A stretch of DNA of 64,000 nt, taken from contig NC_043018.1 in the NCBI RefSeq assembly GCF_006345805.1, positions 7,502,001 through 7,566,000 on the forward strand, read 5' to 3'. The translations under genes were made by a program, and so were the position numbers. This document shows, piece by piece, positions 12,459 to 26,900 of the stretch. Source of the DNA: Octopus sinensis. Taxonomy: Eukaryota. How positions within the stretch are numbered: the stretch's first letter is position 1; each line of letters opens with the position of its first letter. Below the pieces are notes generated by a model. The model had not been told where the DNA came from. It ran no database searches and saw only the letters and a list, made by a program, of their open reading frames with translations.

Positions 12459-12640
12459 GATATATATATATATTATATATATATATACGATACGACAGGC
12501 TTTTTTCAGTTTCTGTCTTCCAAACCACTCACAAGTCTTATATAGCAGAAGACGCTTACCCAAGGTGCCACGCAGTGGGACTGAACGCGGAACCATGTGG
12601 TTGCTAAGCAAGCTATTTACCACACAGCCACTCCTGCGCC
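12165..12640 (-). mobile_element. SINE S1 with internal (TA)n
   Basis: Full homology to S1 consensus seen in the window. Confidence 0.9.
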
Positions 12641-12644
12641 CATT

Positions 12645-12895
12645 CTGTTGGATGCATTTTCTCTACATACATCCGTGCCAGATTGGCTTCCATCGTGTCT
12701 GTTATCAATTTTCTGCTTCGTGTAGGTTTTCGTCTTCCTTTCGTTTTCCCTCTGGTAGTTTTCATTTGAAATCTGCTTTAGAATAGCATTGTTCTGGTTC
12801 CAGAGCATGTGGTCTGCTAGTTTTAGTTTTCGTTCTGTGATGATTCGCCAAGCGATTGTGGGCTGAACCTCTATAGAATATCTTCATTGGTTATG
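12645..12895 (-). pseudogene. RTE-like ORF2 fragment (post-RT region)
   Basis: ITNEDIL*R..IITERKLKLADHM..ILKQI resembles the RTE 'TNEEVL..RxLxWxGH..KQIL' region. Confidence 0.5.
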
Positions 12896-12896
12896 A

Positions 12897-13330
12897 GTGG
12901 AGGCGCGTGGCTTAGTGGTTAGGGTGTTGGACTCATGATGGTAAGATTGTGGTTTCGATTCGTAGACCGGACGACATGTGGTACTCTTGAGCATAACACT
13001 TCATTTCATGTGGCTCCAGTCCACTCAGCTGGCAATAATGAGTAGTCCTTGAACGGATCGGCGTCCCGTCTAGGTGGGAAATTTATATGTCAAGGAAACT
13101 GGGAAACCGGACCTTATGAGTCGCAATGACTTGAGAAGGTAACTTCACCCTTTAGTGGACGCGCATGGGTTAGTGGTTAGGTTGTTAGCCTTATGATCGT
13201 AAGATTGTGGTTTCGACGCGTTGTGTTCTTGAGCAAAGCCCATCATTTCAGTCCACTCAGCTGGCAAAAATGGATATTCCTGCGACGGGCCGATATGTAT
13301 AGAGAAGGTAACTTTACCTTTACTTTTCAC
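12897..13330 (+). mobile_element. Two tandem tRNA-derived SINEs, family S2 (CORE-like TTGAGCAA..CACTT..CCAGTCCACTCAGCTG)
   Basis: A-box GGCTTAGTGG, B-box-like GTTTCGATTC, shared AAGGTAACTT tail. Confidence 0.85.
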
Positions 13331-13678
13331 CACTGGTTATTGGGTCTTCCCCAATACACCTTCAGAATATTTCTAAAGAATCTAAGACTTAGATCTAAGT
13401 GGAACACATTTTGTTTTTTTGTTGATTTTATCGATGCTCTCAGCCATCTATAACCGGAACAGAGAACTGTTGGTAGAATTATGCTGTTATAACAACAACT
13501 CTGCTTACACTTAAAGAAAACCTAAAGCATCAAGTATTCATGTTTCCAATTTAGATTCAATGGGAAAACTGAAGTTATCGTATTAAGAAAACCGAACACA
13601 ATAACAACAGCAACAACAACAATACGAGCAACAACAAAGATACAGAATATGTATAATAATAACAACAATAACAACAAC

Positions 13679-13725
<47 letters not shown>

Positions 13726-13899
13726 TGAAGAGGAAGAAGGAGGATGTCGGTGATGATTATAATCTTGAAACTGTAGTATTTCCTTTCAATAACCCAGGAA
13801 TATAACAACATAGATATTACCATTTTACTTCATAGAATTAGACCAAAATTTTCAAAAAGAAAAAAGGAAAAACTTGTAACAGACATATAGTTGGCATCT

Positions 13900-14341
13900 C
13901 ATGTCATTTGGCTATAGTTAAAATATATTTTTCAATTTTTCGTAGTAGAGAGGAATACACACACACACACACATACACACGCACATACACACACACAACA
14001 CACATACACATACACACAAATATATCTATATATATGTATATATCCAACTCACCCTCTCTCTCTTTCTCTTTCTCTTTCTCTGTCTTTCTATCTCTCTCTC
14101 CAGCCACATACACACGATGCACACATGAAACACTGCACACACACACACACACACATACTCACACACACACACACACACATACTCACACACATACACACAC
14201 ACATATGTGTGTGTGTGTATGAGCGTGTGTGCATGTGTGTTTGGCATATAACTGAGAAGATAAGTATTTATATAGAAAATGTGAACATTTTTGTTTAACT
14301 GTATATATATGTGTGTATATATATATATGTGTATGTGTGTG

Positions 14342-14376
<35 letters not shown>

Positions 14377-14718
14377 GTATTTGATAGAGAATGTGTATCT
14401 GTGTTTTTGTTTGAGTGCATGTGTGTGTATGTGTCAGCGCACGTGTGCATGTGTGTATGTCGGTGTATGGGTGAATACTGTTAATTTGTAAGTCTGTCTG
14501 CTTAGGCATATCTACACACATGCAATATGTATGTGTGTGTATTGTATACGTAAATCTGCATATTTACAATATATGTATGCATGTATGCACACACACACAG
14601 AGGCACACACACACACACACATATATATACATACGCACTTACGCATACATATATACATAAAAGTACTATATATATATGTATGCGTATATATATATATATT
14701 TATATATATATATTATAT

Positions 14719-14762
<44 letters not shown>

Positions 14763-15240
14763 TATGTATGTATGTATCATAAATCTCTCTATGCGTGTAG
14801 ACTAATAATACACACCCCTTATACAAGCTGTATTGATTAAATGGACGTGACTATACTATACATACGTTTGTGTACATACGTGCAAAAACACACGTATATA
14901 TATATACACACACACATTTAGCGGTACGCTTATATACGCTTAATACATACACACTTATTGCACAGACAGACACATACACACACGCACACACATGCACAGG
15001 CACACACACATATGTACTTACATCAATATATAAATCTCTCTCTCTCTCTCTCTCTCTCCCTTTCTCGCATTCTTTCTTTCTCTGTGCCTCTTTCTCTGTT
15101 GCCCTTATATTCTCCCTCTCACTCTCTTTCTCTCATTCTCTTTACCCCCTCTCTCTCTCTTTATATGTGTATGTGTATCCGTGTGTGTGAACGTGTGTGT
15201 GACCCTCTGTGTGTGTGTTGGCATGTATGTGTGTGTATGT
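13900..15240. repeat. Compound CA/TA/CT microsatellite block
   Basis: Direct inspection. Confidence 0.9.
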
Positions 15241-15244
15241 GCGT

Positions 15245-15560
15245 GCGAGAATTTGGTTGGCTTAATGGTTAGAATGTTGCACTCGTGATTACAAGATTGT
15301 AGTTTCGATTCCCAGCCTGGCTATGTGTTGTGTTCTTGAGCAAGAAACACTTCATCTGACCCCTCCCCAGTCCACTCAGCTGTTATAAACAGGTAACTAT
15401 GCTGCAAGGGACTGGCGTTCCATCCAGGAAAAATGTTGGACTGGCCACCAAGTCGTTAGAGTTACATTACATCAAAATTTACAACAATGCGAGGAAGCGC
15501 ATTGTGATCAGCGGTTTGTAACAACAACAGATAATCTGGTCGATACAGTGATACAATGAT
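15245..15560 (+). mobile_element. SINE S2-type copy
   Basis: GGCTTAATGGTTAG head and TTGAGCAAG..CCAGTCCACTCAGCTG core. Confidence 0.75.
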
Positions 15561-16144
15561 ATATGAGTTCAATGTACATCGGGGTTAACATTGTCTTCCA
15601 TCCTTTCGGGGTCAATGAAATAAGTACAAGTTGAGCAATGATTTTGAGGTAATCGACATACTGAAAGGTGGCCAACTGGCAGAATCGCTAGCACGTCGGA
15701 CAAGAATGCTTTGTGGCATTGCATCTGTCTCCACGTTCTGAGTTCAAATGCCGCCGAAGTCGCCATTGCCTTTTGTTTTTGAAGGGCTGATGAAAGTAAG
15801 TACCAGTTGAACACATTACAAAATGCATTATTTTAACCCGGCGCACGAACTTTTTCCTCAGCCTAATATTTACTATGCATTCTACATTGAACACCCCTCC
15901 ATGTGTTTATCGACAGAGATATCAACATACATATATGTATACATGCATACACACGTACGGACGCACGCACGCGCACACATATACACACGCTTACTTATAC
16001 ACACACGTAAGCATACATATATATGTACACAAATATATGTGCATGTGCATATATATACTGTATATAGCATATATATGTGTGTGTATGCATGTATGTATAT
16101 ATGTATGCATGTATAAACACGCACGCATATTGACTTGTATTTAA

Positions 16145-16315
16145 ATACGTGTATTTTTCTCTCCTTGTTTTTTTTCTGTGTATCTTCCTGTTGGAGAGCG
16201 TAGGCTCGAAACATAAAAGACTTTTTCTATTTCTATTCCTGAGCGCTATACTAATACATTTGTTTGTTTGTACTCCACCTGCCTTCGTCTTTTGTTTATT
16301 TTCGTAAACTTCCCG

Positions 16316-16320
<5 letters not shown>
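16145..16320 (+). mobile_element. PLE-type terminal repeat (GAGC/GCTC family), decayed hammerhead 16183-16220
   Basis: CTGTTGGA-GAGC gtag GCTC-GAAACATAAAAGA..TTCCTGAGCG; ends in (TA)n. Confidence 0.6.
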
Positions 16321-16371
<51 letters not shown>

Positions 16372-16484
16372 TCATATACAATCATACATACATACATACA
16401 TACATACATACAATACACCTATCTATTGCTAAAAAGCTGTTGATCTTGAGTCAAAATATATGACCATTATAAAAATAGTGAAAG

Positions 16485-16900
16485 ACGGCGAGCTGAAAGA
16501 CGCCGGACAACAAAGCTTAGCAGCGTTTCATATCTTCATGTTCTGAATACAAATTTCACTGTGGTTGACCTTGCCCTTCATCCTTTCAAGGTTGATAAAT
16601 TAAGTACCAGCTGTGCACTGGAGTCGATGTCATTGATAAACTGACCTCCTCCCTCGAAATTTTAGCCCTTGTGCGTATTGTAGTAAGGATTATTAGAGGA
16701 CTCTGATAGGCGGCAAGCTAGCAGAACTGTTAGTACTCCGGACCAACGATGCTTAGCTTAGCGGCATTCGTTCGTCTTTACGTTCTGACTTCAAATTCTT
16801 CCGAATTACTTTGTCCAAATCCAAACTGTCATTTGAGCAATGGGGTCGATGCAATCAACTTATGTCCCCTTCCCTGCTGAATCATGGCCTTGTGCGAAAA
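16485..16900 (+). mobile_element. Two degenerate SINE S3 copies
   Basis: GGCGAGCTG/GGCAAGCTAGCAGAA heads, TTCATCCTTTC..GATAAATTAAGTACCAG core. Confidence 0.7.
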
Positions 16901-16909
16901 TCAGAAATA

Positions 16910-17797
16910 CTGGTTTGAGGAAAAAGTTTGTGCGCTGTGTTAAAATAATAATTTTTTTATGCAAGAATTTATTCAGAATCGACAACTATTCTTCAAAATA
17001 AAAACTATTTTCCACGCCATCTGCCAACGATTTGCAAGCTTTCGGATTTGGTAAAAGTACCAATTCTTCGGCTTTGAATCGAAAAATTCTTGACAGGCTT
17101 CTTCAACTTTATCGAATGACTCAAATCTGGGACATTTCATAAAGTGCTGCATTGATCGGAAGAGGCTATAGTCAGATGGAGCAACGTCTGGGACTACAGG
17201 CTGGATGCGGCAGAACTTCCACACTGTTCAATTCTTCAATCTCGTTGCTGGTCTTTCTAGCGGTGTGCGGCTTTGCATTGTCTTGTAGTAACAAAGCGCA
17301 TTTTCGACGAACAAGTCTTGGGTACATTTCAACGGTGAGTTATCACTGAATAGTGAAGGTGCGTGGCTCAGTGGTTAGAGCGTCGAGCTTACGATCGTGA
17401 GGTTGTGAGCTCGAATCCCGGACCGGGCTGCGTGTTGTGTTCTTGAGCAAGACGCTTTATTTCACGTTGCTCCAGTTCACTCAGCTGTAGAAATGAGTTG
17501 CGACCTAACAGGTGCCAAGCTATATCGGCCCCTTTGCATTTCCCTTGGATAACACTGGTGGCGTGGAGAGGGGAGGATGGTATGCATGGGCGACTGCTGG
17601 TCTTCCATAAACAACCTTGCCCAGACTTGTGCCTCAGAAGGTAACTCTCTAGGTGCAAGCCCATGGTCAGTGTCTGACCGAAGGGGGTCACACACATATC
17701 ATGGAACATGACATGAACTGAATGAACACACACACCATAAAAATATATGAAAAATGCATTATTTTAACCCGGCGCACGAACTTCTTCCTCAACCTAA
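16910..17797 (-). mobile_element. Internally deleted mariner (D,D34D) element with nested SINE
   Basis: LLQDNAKPH..PDVAPSDYSLFRSMQHF on the minus strand (16973-17345); TIRs TA|CTGGTTTGAGGAAAAAGTTTGTGCGC and GCGCACGAACTTCTTCCTCAACCTAA|TA. Confidence 0.85.
17355..17695 (+). mobile_element. Full-length SINE S2 (tRNA head + CORE-like body)
   Basis: GGTGCGTGGCTCAGTGGTTAGAGC..GCTCGAATCCC, TTGAGCAAGACGCTTT, CCAGTTCACTCAGCTG. Confidence 0.9.
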
Positions 17798-18062
17798 TAT
17801 TTACTATGCATTCTACATTGAACACTCCTCCATGTGTTTATCGACAGATATCAACATACATATATGTATACATGGATACACACGTACGGACGCACGCACG
17901 CGCACGCATACACACACGCTTACATATACACACACGTAAGCATACAAATCTATGTACACAAATATATGTGTGTGTGCATATATAGCATATATATATGTGT
18001 GTGTGGTGTGTATGCATGTATGTATATATGTATGCATGTATATTGACGTTGTTTTATATACG

Positions 18063-18112
<50 letters not shown>

Positions 18113-18652
18113 GCTTATATACATACATACATACACATACACCTATCTATTGCACATTTATAATCTATCTATATGCATATAAGCACGTTTACATACACAT
18201 AAACATACTGGTAAGGTACTAGTTAAAGAGTATAAACGACTTTTGCGCCATTTTCCATCTTTATTTCAAAATGTTGTACATCCGACGTTTGTCTGCTCAC
18301 GATGATTAAGATATCGACCTGTAGGGAAAGATTGTGACATCATCTCTACAGCGATTAGCATATGAGCAGAGGATCCAGCAATGTGGATGACCGGAAGAGG
18401 ATGACAGCGCTCGACGTCACTACACCGTTTGCGTGATCGCACGGGCAACGAAACAACGGAAGTGGCGATATTTTATTGTCGAAGAGGCGCGTGATACAAC
18501 GACCCCCTTCAATGAAAGGTCCGGTGTCTGTTGAAATTCCAGTAAATCCATCCTCCCAAACATTCCTCCGTCTATCAATTCGACCATCCATCCATTCAGA
18601 GATACATACATACACATTCATAAACATGTGTGTGTATATATATATATATATA

Positions 18653-18713
<61 letters not shown>

Positions 18714-19035
18714 GTGTGTGTCTTTATATATAAGCATAGATTCATATAAAAATATAAACAAACACATGCATTATATACATAAATATGAACATAGTACGTA
18801 CGTACGTACGTGAGTACGTACTTGTAGACTAATGCAATTATATTTCTGCGTTTGTTTATCAGTTTCCCTCAAACTCTCTCCTTCTCCCTCCCCTTCCCTA
18901 CTCCCTCTGTCTGTATGTCTGTCTGTCTGTCTCACTCTCTCTCTCACTCACTCTCTCTCTCTCTTTATCTCTTTCACTTTATCTCTCTTCCTCATGTTCA
19001 CATCTGATAGCAAATAGTAGTGATAACAGAGATGA

Positions 19036-19054
19036 TACCTGCTGGTTACCTTTG

Positions 19055-19115
<61 letters not shown>

Positions 19116-19144
19116 AATGATGATGATGATGATGATGATGATGT

Positions 19145-19178
<34 letters not shown>

Positions 19179-19185
19179 AATGATG
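19036..19185. repeat. (GAT)n microsatellite
   Basis: Direct inspection. Confidence 0.95.
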
Positions 19186-20429
19186 AAAAGGAAATTGATG
19201 GTTGTGTTAGTAGTTTTAGTGGTGTTGGTAGTGTTGGTGGTATTGTTGGCGCTGGTAGCGGTGGCTGTGTTTCTCTCGTTCAAATGAATGGTTTTGTAGA
19301 TTTCATATGAATTTCAAGTGAATCAATGGGCAGAGATTGTCTACTGATGTCTACATGTGCGTCAGTGTATGTACGCACGCGTGGTGGGGCTCACGTAAAT
19401 GTGTGCGTGTATATATATGTCTGTGTACAAGCTTTGCACAAAATGTATGTATGTGTGTGTGTGTGTGTGTGTCTGCGCGCGCGCACACACACACGCATCT
19501 ACTGCGTCTGCGTGACTGTATCTGCATATATGCATGTATTTCTCAGCGTTCTGTTTACAACCATAATTATATACCTGAAAAATATACACATTCACAAACA
19601 TACGCGCACAAAGAAACACTCTCGTACAAACACACACTCTCTCGCATATCTAAACACACACACACACACCTCACAAACACACTCCCTCCCTTCCACTTTC
19701 ACGGCCCCTCACCGCTACGCAGTAGGCTTTAATACATCTAAACGAGGTATTTATTATCCAGCGAGAGTGCAAACCGACTAATTAAGTTAGTCGGTGCTTT
19801 CCCCATTGTCTCTGCGAATGGAATAAACGGACAGATTGAACTTTAAATATAGAAATGTATATAATATTTACCTTTGATTATTCCGCAATTACATACCTGT
19901 ATACTTGTACACATATATATATATATGTGTGCATAGATATATATATATATATATATATGTAAATGTAAATATATATATATATATGCATATACATGTATTC
20001 ACACACATTTTCATACACTTGTATGTAAGTATGTATGCATGTGTGTGTGTATATAAATATATATATATACACTCTTCATATGTGTGAGTATGTATACGTG
20101 TATATATGTATGTATGTATATGCATATTACATTATATTGTATATAATGAATGCGTATGCGTATAATATATACATACACCACAACACACCACACACACATA
20201 CATATATATATATATGTGTATCGATATATATGCATATATGTATATATTCTTATATGTGAGTGTGTCTATTTATAGACACCACTCAGATATCATCGACACA
20301 TTTGTCTATGTGGGTACATACCCACTAGAAAACTACATATATGCATATACACAAACATGCATAAACACATACATATACATACACCACGTGTCACATGTAT
20401 GTGTATGTGTGGTATATGTATATATATAT

Positions 20430-20598
20430 AGGCGCAGGGTGGCTGTTTCGCAAGTAGCTTGCTTACCAACCACATGGTTACGGGTTCAGTACCACTGCAT
20501 GGCACCTTGGGCAAGTATCTTCAACTATAGCCTCGAGCCGACCAAAGCCTTGTGAGTGGATTTGGTAGACGGAAACTGAAAGAAGCCCGTCGCATATA

Positions 20599-20629
<31 letters not shown>

Positions 20630-20815
20630 ATATGTGTGCTTATATGTTTGAGCATTTGGGTTGGTCCCCCCCCCCAAAAAAAACATCACTTGTCAACAGA
20701 TGCTGGTGCGTTTACAGCCCTGTAACTTAGTGGTCTTGTCGACTAAAGGCGGTGCTCCAGCATGGCCGCAGTCAACTGACTGAAACAACTAAAAGAATTA
20801 AAGAATAAAAGAATA
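20430..20815 (+). mobile_element. SINE S1 with internal (TG)n
   Basis: GGCGCAGGGTGGCTG head to GACTGAAACAACTAAAAGA tail. Confidence 0.9.
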
Positions 20816-20829
20816 TATACGCACATTTA

Positions 20830-22600
20830 GAGCAGTTTTATCCCAACTACTACTACTACTACTACAAACCTGTGCCTCACAGATACATCAGAAACACAAG
20901 CATACCACCTCTACTATCACCGCAGCTCTACCACCACCGTCACTAGTAATAAACTACAATAACACTACCACCTCAACTACAACCACTCACAAACACTGCA
21001 ACTATAATGGTATCTGTATCAGTAATACACTTACATTTGCACCACTGAGAAACCAGCAGCACCACCACACAGCAAACATTACATCCCAAACGCCATATTA
21101 CCATCACCGCCACTATACTGTCTCCACTACTACATTAACTGCATCGCCGCCAAAATCTTATAATATTTATAATCATACAACAACTGCTACCAACACACTG
21201 ATATACAACTGCTATACTACTGCAGGTACTACTTCATGACCACTACATAGCAATAACTACACGCCAATACCACCACAACACTGTCTCAGATACCGCTAAT
21301 ACACAACAATCATACTACAGCCAATACCACAGCGTCACTTCCACCACCTCACAACCACTACCGCCACCTTTACTACTACCACGTGACACTCAACATTATA
21401 AATACATTGCATTCACACTACGCCACTACCACAAAATCGTTTCCAGCATCTCATAACCACTCAAACACTACCACCACCACCACGATACCAACTCCAGCAC
21501 TGCACACTGCCACCACTACCACTCAATGTGTACAACCACCCCACTATCACCACCTCTGCTACCAATCCCATCCCCTTCCACATATCTCCATTACCACTAC
21601 TACACTAGAGGACACTACCACTACTTCCAGCACTACCACCATCGTCGCCGCCACCACCACCGCAACACGATCGTCACTACATCCCAACCACTGCATTACC
21701 ATCACCAATCCAACCACCCCATACCACTAATACTCTCTCCAATCTCCATCACCACTAATACTACCCTGCAATGCACCACCCACCACTCACCGCACCCACC
21801 ACTACACCACCACAACCACACTACCACTCATACACTACGTACAACCACTCCACTATCACCACCACCATGATCACCACCACCATGATCACCACCACCACCA
21901 TCGTCGCCGCCACCGCCACACGATCGTCACTACATCCTAACCACTGCATTACCATCACCAATACCTATCTCCATCACCACTAATACTACACTGCAATGGC
22001 ATCGAAGCCACCCACCACCACCATCACTGCGACACCATCGCCACTAGCACCTCACAATCACAACCAGCGCCACTGATCGGTGTATACAAGAACTAATGTA
22101 CTGAAGACATGCTGTATTTAAAAAGTCATCCCTCGCTACTTCATTGTACACAGAATATCAAACGATCTATTTATAGGAGGGAGTGGGACGGATTGAGAAG
22201 GTATGGTGGTTATAGGATTTAACTGAGAAGAGCTGAAGGAGGAGGAAGAGGACGAGGAGGATGAGGAGGAGGAGATAAATGCTACAACAACAACAACAGC
22301 TGCAGCATGATCAAGTACAATAACAACAGCAACAACGATGACGACGCCGACAACAGCAGCAGCGGCAATATCGAGTACAATAAAAACATTAATAGAAACA
22401 ACATCAATATCAGCTATAGCTGCAACAACAAAAGCAACAAGAGCAATAAAAGCTGCTGCAGCAGCAACACAACAACGACAACAACAACAACTACTACAGC
22501 AACAGCAGCAGCAGAAGCAGAAGCAGCAACAACAACAACAGCTATAAAAGGCAAGAACTACATCAGTCACAGAAGACTCTCCTATTCTAAAACTGGTTTC
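20830..22600. repeat. Cryptic ACC/ACT-rich and CAG/CAA low-complexity tract with ~260-bp internal duplication (21635/21895)
   Basis: ACCACCATCGTCGCCGCCACC..ACGATCGTCACTACATCC occurs twice. Confidence 0.8.
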
Positions 22601-22887
22601 CAAATGAGTTCAGAGCAACAATGGTGAAAATCTTCAGAATTAATGAAAGATTATACACGTACACACACAAACACACAGTCACTTACACATACACACATAT
22701 ATGCACTCGCACACACATACACACACACATATATATATACACCACACACAGGTATACACATGTAATGTAAATTTAAAGATATACATATAGAGAGATAGAG
22801 ATAAATGTACGTATACGTACGTATAGAAATCCATAAAAATGTATATTTTTATACACACGTACACATATATGCACGCACACACACTGA

Positions 22888-22954
<67 letters not shown>

Positions 22955-23301
22955 CTTACATACATACATAATATATATATATATATAATATTAGATATGC
23001 GCATACACATACATCTTTACAAATACGTATAGGCGAAAATACACATGCACATACACAAACACATACAAACACAAATAGAAACACTCTCACACGCATTCAT
23101 AAATATGGAACCACATAGACAGGAGCATGCATGAGTATATGTGTATAAGCTTGTATATGTGTGAGATGTGTGTGAGGGGGGTTGTGCGAGTATTATAGTG
23201 TATATAAATAAATAAATTAATATATATACACGCAAAAATAGAATTTCTGTATAATTCTGTTTCAATTTTCTAATTACACACGTATGCATATAAATACCTA
23301 C

Positions 23302-23333
<32 letters not shown>

Positions 23334-23456
23334 ATATGTATGTATGTATTTATGTATATATGTGTATATATATATATGTGTGTGTGTGTGTGTACATATA
23401 TATAGATATAGATATAGATAGACAAATAAATAGATATGTATATATATGTATATATT

Positions 23457-23488
<32 letters not shown>

Positions 23489-23825
23489 CATACATGCATA
23501 CATACATACATACATCCATATACACAGAAGCACATATGCAAGAATACTTAATGCATATTTACATAAATACAACTATATATATAAAGTGAGGAATGTGCAT
23601 ATACGTACATTTATGAATATACCACACACACACACATACACACACAAGCACGTATACACAGACGCATACGCATGCCTCAGATTATATACTACAGATAGAT
23701 GCTGACCTATAATTACATGTAATATTAGTTCATATACATACATACCTACATACATACATATACATATATATATATATATATATAATATATATATATACAT
23801 ACATACATACAAACATATATATACG

Positions 23826-23857
<32 letters not shown>

Positions 23858-24149
23858 CACACATGAATATGTATGTATGTAGTATGTATGTATGTATGTA
23901 TGTATGTATGAATGTATGTGTGTGTGCGTGTCTATTTCATTTTTTTAATGCTATTGAAGAGATCGTTTTAGAGTATTATCTCTTTGTATAGAGAAAGACG
24001 CACAGACACACAATCATAGCGACAGACACACAGACAGACAGAAGCAGGCTCACAGACAAACAGTAAATACATAAAGAGAGCGTATTTAGCTAAACAGGTA
24101 GAAATGAACGGAGAGGATGGGAGGTGGTGGAGCGACCGAGATTATACAG

Positions 24150-24216
<67 letters not shown>

Positions 24217-24402
24217 AATATATCTATATATATATATATAATAGGGAGAGAGAGAGAGAGAGAGAGAGAAGAGAGGAGAGATGAAGGGAGAAGAGAGAGA
24301 AAGTAGAGACCGACTGGTAGGTAAGTTGAAAGATGCGTAAACTGAAACAGCCTCACAGTGTGTGTATATACATTTATAACATGTATATATATACATAGAT
24401 AT

Positions 24403-24433
<31 letters not shown>

Positions 24434-24826
24434 CATGTATATATATGTATTATATATATATATATATATATATAACACGCTTATTTATGTATGTGATGTA
24501 ACATATGCATACAAACATATATAAAGATTCGCGGACATATGCGATGGGTACACGTAATAATATCTTTTCAAGTTGACGTTATTCGTGTGTATGTGCATAG
24601 AATGTTTTTAGGGAAATTTGCATACATACACTGCTAACACGCACATATATATATATTCATAACACACGTATGTACGTACACTTACATACACATGCGTTTA
24701 CAAACTACATGAATTTATACTATATACATATACATACATACATATATATGTATATATATATATATATGTCTTTATTTTTATAGCCTGTATGTATAGATAT
24801 GTATGTACACAAATGTGTATGCATGT

Positions 24827-24861
<35 letters not shown>

Positions 24862-25408
24862 CGTCTTCGTCGTCGTTGTTGTTGTTGTTCGTACTGTTAT
24901 TGTTTCAATTCAACATGTCAATATTTGTGTAGAACTGTCAACCTTTTCTAGCTTAAACTTTTTCTAATCCTTCTCTTTTTTGTGTGTGTTTCATTTATTA
25001 GACATCTTACTATATATTTGATGTTCCTAATCAATTCTATATTGTTTATTGGACCTGACCTTTCGTGATCACAAACATGTATCAATGCTTTATCCATCGA
25101 TAAGCCCTTTTGGCCTTTTTTCTTTCTTACTTGCTTTTTTGTTTTTGTTTTTATTCCCCTCCAAAATATTTCACTGAAACGAAGCTAAGGAAAATACGTG
25201 CGTATATAAAGAAATTTCTTGTCCCCCGAAAAGATAAACGAAATGCCTCTAGCCTATGTGAATATACACACTACATCGGGTTCTAAAAGACATTCATGTT
25301 TACCGAAGGATCTCAAATGAGGCTATAGATCTATTACAGGACGCACGGACACACACAGCAACACCAGTGCAATCACATGCACGGCACTTCGATCTCACCA
25401 CAAAATCT

Positions 25409-25818
25409 GGATCTTTTCGGTTTGAACGGCAGTTTTTAACATAATTTCTAGGTAACTAAAAAATTCTAAACTTCGTATACTGGTAGAATGTGTTATAAAC
25501 ATCTTTTTCTCGGCTTTATTGAGAAAATTCTATAGTTTGTGAGATATTTGTTGTCCTTTTTTTCTTCCAATTTCTGCAATTCAACCAATCAGTGACGTCT
25601 ATTGAGTTAAAAACATTCTGTGCCGTATGAATATGTCCTCGTTTAAGAAACACATTGGGTTATTTACAATTGTGAAGAAAAAAAGATACCCTTCCCCCAC
25701 CCTAACCCTAACTCTAAAAGAGATTGAAATGCAATAGATCGATTCTAGGGTCATAATTATGGGTGACAATTTCATATGACACTGCGAGAAAAAACTGCCG
25801 TTCAAACCGAAAAGATCC
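25409..25818. mobile_element. MITE with GG-initiated TIRs and 8-bp TSD
   Basis: TIR GGATCTTTTCGGTTTGAACGGCAGTTTTT and its reverse complement; TSD CAAAATCT at 25401-25408 and 25819-25826. Confidence 0.9.
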
Positions 25819-26095
25819 CAAAATCTAACTACTGCTGTTAATCTGTTCACTCCACCCTCTCACACTTACATTGCTCACATAAACACAAACACACGCACAC
25901 AGATACTACCACACACACGCGAAGTTACCTGCCTTCAAAAACCACTTTATCTACCTCTTCCCACTTCCGGTCAGTTACCTTTCATGCTTTTCTTATACTA
26001 TCCATTTCCTTCTCTCCGAAATTTTTCCTCTTTACACTTCCTGACGAAGAGCCATGTATACATACATACATACAAACAAACATACATGTATACAT

Positions 26096-26180
<85 letters not shown>

Positions 26181-26184
26181 ATAT

Positions 26185-26415
26185 ATGGAAAAACAAGTCA
26201 GGATAGAAAATGCTAAAATAATTTTATAAAAAACATTTCAGTACCGGTTTCAGTCATTGAGACTTTTTCAACTGTAACAATTAAATGATTAAATTTAGAA
26301 AAATTAAAAGAAAAGTTGTTTTAAAAGAATATTTGTATAGTGTTCAAATACAAGTGGCATTTTTCTTGTTTCTGCTTGTCTCTGTCTCTCTTGATTACTC
26401 TTGTGGGTTCGAGGT
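26185..26415 (-). mobile_element. Solo PLE terminal repeat with U3:A8 hammerhead (26239-26274)
   Basis: Diverged homolog of 33125-33370; CAG-TTGAAAA-AGTC tcaat GACT-GAAA-CCGG-TA-CTG. Confidence 0.75.
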
Positions 26416-26434
26416 CCTTGTATATATATATATA

Positions 26435-26829
26435 TGCAGGAGTGGCTGTGTGGTAAGTAGCTTGTTTACCAACCACATGGTTCAGGGTTCAGTCCCACTG
26501 CGTGGCACCTTGGGCAAGTGTCTTCTACTAAAGCCTCGGGCCGACCAAAGCCTTGTGCGTGGATTTGGTAGACGGAAACTGAAAGAAGCCCGTCGTATAT
26601 ATGTACATATATATATGCGTGCGTGTGTTTGTGTGTCTGTGTTTGTCCCCTAGCATTGCTTGACAACCGATGCTGGTGTGTTTATGTCCCCGTTACTTAG
26701 CGGTTCGGCAAAAGAGGTCGATAGAATAAGTACTGGGCTTACAAAAGAATAAGTTCCGGGGTCGAGCTGCTCGATTAAAAGGCGGTGCTCCAGCATGGCC
26801 GCAGTCAATGACTGAAACAAGTAAAAGAG

Positions 26830-26830
<1 letters not shown>
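26435..26830 (+). mobile_element. Full-length SINE S1
   Basis: GCAGGAGTGGCTGTGTGGTAAG..GGGTTCAGTCCC head, internal TA/TG repeat, GACTGAAACAAGTAAAAGAGT tail. Confidence 0.9.

Positions 26831-26900
<70 letters not shown>

Noticed and set aside
17355-17435. tRNA-like sequences (also 12897, 26435, 43938, 45350)
   Set aside because: They run straight into SINE bodies and lack a proper acceptor stem; they are SINE heads, not tRNA genes
18212-18318. Candidate minus-strand terminal exon (VDILIIVSRQTSDVQHFEIKMENGAKVVYTL*)
   Set aside because: The acceptor is plausible but there is no partner exon or homology; cannot be supported without RNA-seq
25698-25715. CCCTAACCCTAAC telomere-like repeat
   Set aside because: Only ~2 units, internal to a MITE; not an interstitial telomere array
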